From Gordius albopunctatus (Eukaryota), in assembly GCA_964276515.1 (NCBI GenBank), contig OZ193909.1, positions 16,926,001 to 16,990,000 of the forward strand: a stretch of 64,000 nucleotides of DNA, given 5' to 3'. Of this stretch, positions 62,591 through 64,000 are shown one piece after another. Below the pieces are notes generated by a model, which saw nothing but the letters and a program-made list of their open reading frames with translations, ran no database searches and had not been told where the DNA came from. Numbering within the stretch: the stretch's first letter is position 1; each line of letters starts with the position of its first letter. The translations under genes were made by a program, and so were the position numbers.

Positions 62591-63886
62591 TCATCCAGCC
62601 TGATACTGTGCGATTTCATCACATCCAGCAACGCACAGATCCAAATACCTCATGCTTAACAATGAGATTAACCATTGATTTAAGTTTTTGCCGGAAAACA
62701 CGGCGGTAATGTCATGCCTATCGATAGGTAATTGACCAGGAAACAAAAGGTCTTTTATGTCGTCCCACGCTGGGTTGCATGTAAAAGTTATAAATAGATC
62801 CGGACGACCGTATTTACGAACATACGCAATTGAATCTTGAGCGTATTCATGCATATGGCGTGGACTTCCTGTATAAGATGAAGGAAAAATGGTTAATCTC
62901 CCAACGTTAATGGTATTAGAGTCGTTACGAAGAGCATCTCGCAAATGGATATATTCTTCTGAGCGAAGTTTAGGCTGATTTAAGCGGATGTATAGCAAAC
63001 GCTCCGATTCAATTTTGGCATACATATCCTCGATGTATTGGTGGAATAATTGCCGGCATTTTAAAATAAAATTGTCCCCGTCCGCTCGAATCATTATTCT
63101 GTATGAATAATAGTTCATAGCGCTGCATTTTGAGTTTGTAGGTTCGCCATTGATTGGATTTATCATCTTAACGTTAAAGTGATATCCGTCAGCACCATCC
63201 CAAAATATAATTTGTAGGGGGTCATAGCAGCGATGAGTATCAGAAACTTGTGTCAAAGCATTGTTTCTCCTATGAAGCACAATGTCTCTAGGTTGAAATT
63301 GATCCCCAACTATAACAATGGCGACTTCATGTATAGTTGGGGCATTAAATCTTCTCCCATGTTCTCCCGGAGGAGTTTTGTCAGCATGAATGACTATTTT
63401 GTGGGTATCTGAAGGCATTATGTCCAGTGCAGTTTTGAATAAACGCACTAAAATATTATTAGCATGAAGCAGCAACTGAAGCTGTGAAACGATGGATCTT
63501 TTTAAACCGCTAAAAATGTCGAGGCGTGCACCTAATTCTATCTCATCATCTCCGATAAAATATAGTTGTAGGAACTTATGTTGCCCTTCTGGCAATGGAA
63601 GGAGGGATCCGGCTTTATGATAAATTTGACCTTTTACCTTGAATGTAGGCATGAATTGTGTGGTTACAACATCAGCGCCAAACGACGTCATTTGGAAACA
63701 GGAGTTGTATTTCCTGATGTTAGATAGAAAATGTTTAGAATCAGTGGTATAACCAGCCAGCAACGTTTTTAATGGCTCAGGCGGTTCTGCAAGGTGAGGC
63801 AGTTTAACTTTTCCGGCTGCGCAACACATTCCAGTCGTTTCTCCAGCGAATTTCAAGGCATTGCAATGAGGACACACAATAGACAT
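62591..63886 (-). pseudogene. Helitron RepHel N-terminal / Rep segment
   Basis: CPHC..CC zinc finger, PSSYTGSPRHM and PDLFITFTCNP motifs. Confidence 0.85.
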
Positions 63887-64000
63887 AGTACCAATGAGAA
63901 CATGGCGACGTAAACTTTCAATATTAGATGGGTAAGAAAATGCTAGGCGGTTGCCTGTGGGTAATGGCTGAGCACGTGAAGGTGGCTGAGGCAGAGTTTT

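Larger units (their letters stand above)
59784..64000 (-). mobile_element. Helitron (RepHel), disrupted; 5' end lies beyond the window
   Basis: 3' end GCCAAAGCAACGCTTGGCC hairpin followed by GGGCACAGCTAG|T at 59784; ORFs with Zn finger CPHC..CC, GRPDLFITFTCNP, PIF1 motifs DAPGGTGKT, GDFRQ, TINKAQGQS. Confidence 0.95.

Overview
AT-rich, intron-containing eukaryotic DNA, most likely an invertebrate animal (inferred from GT-AG spliced metazoan-type genes, introns as short as 37-40 nt and abundant invertebrate-type transposons). Host genes read from the sequence: (1) the 5' end of a minus-strand RRM-domain gene running off the left edge; (2) scattered, probably decayed exons of a reprolysin/ADAMTS-like metalloprotease; (3) a complete 13-exon astacin-EGF-CUB-TSP1 metalloprotease (nematode NAS-33-38-like architecture); (4) an intronless 1827-aa ORF with FIVE tandem tyrosine-kinase-family domains arranged kinase-pseudokinase-pseudokinase-pseudokinase-kinase, with no visible signal peptide, TM helix or SH2 domain, which is the standout feature; (5) a 14-exon TBL1X/TBL1XR1/ebi orthologue. 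The rest is largely TE-derived: three CRE-clade non-LTR retrotransposon copies (one with a ~60-bp target-site duplication), RTE fragments, a decayed piggyBac, a RepHel Helitron lacking its Rep catalytic core, a non-autonomous Helitron, a tRNA-derived SINE and many hAT/piggyBac/Mutator/Tc1-like MITEs. Exon models were assembled by eye and no database searches were run.
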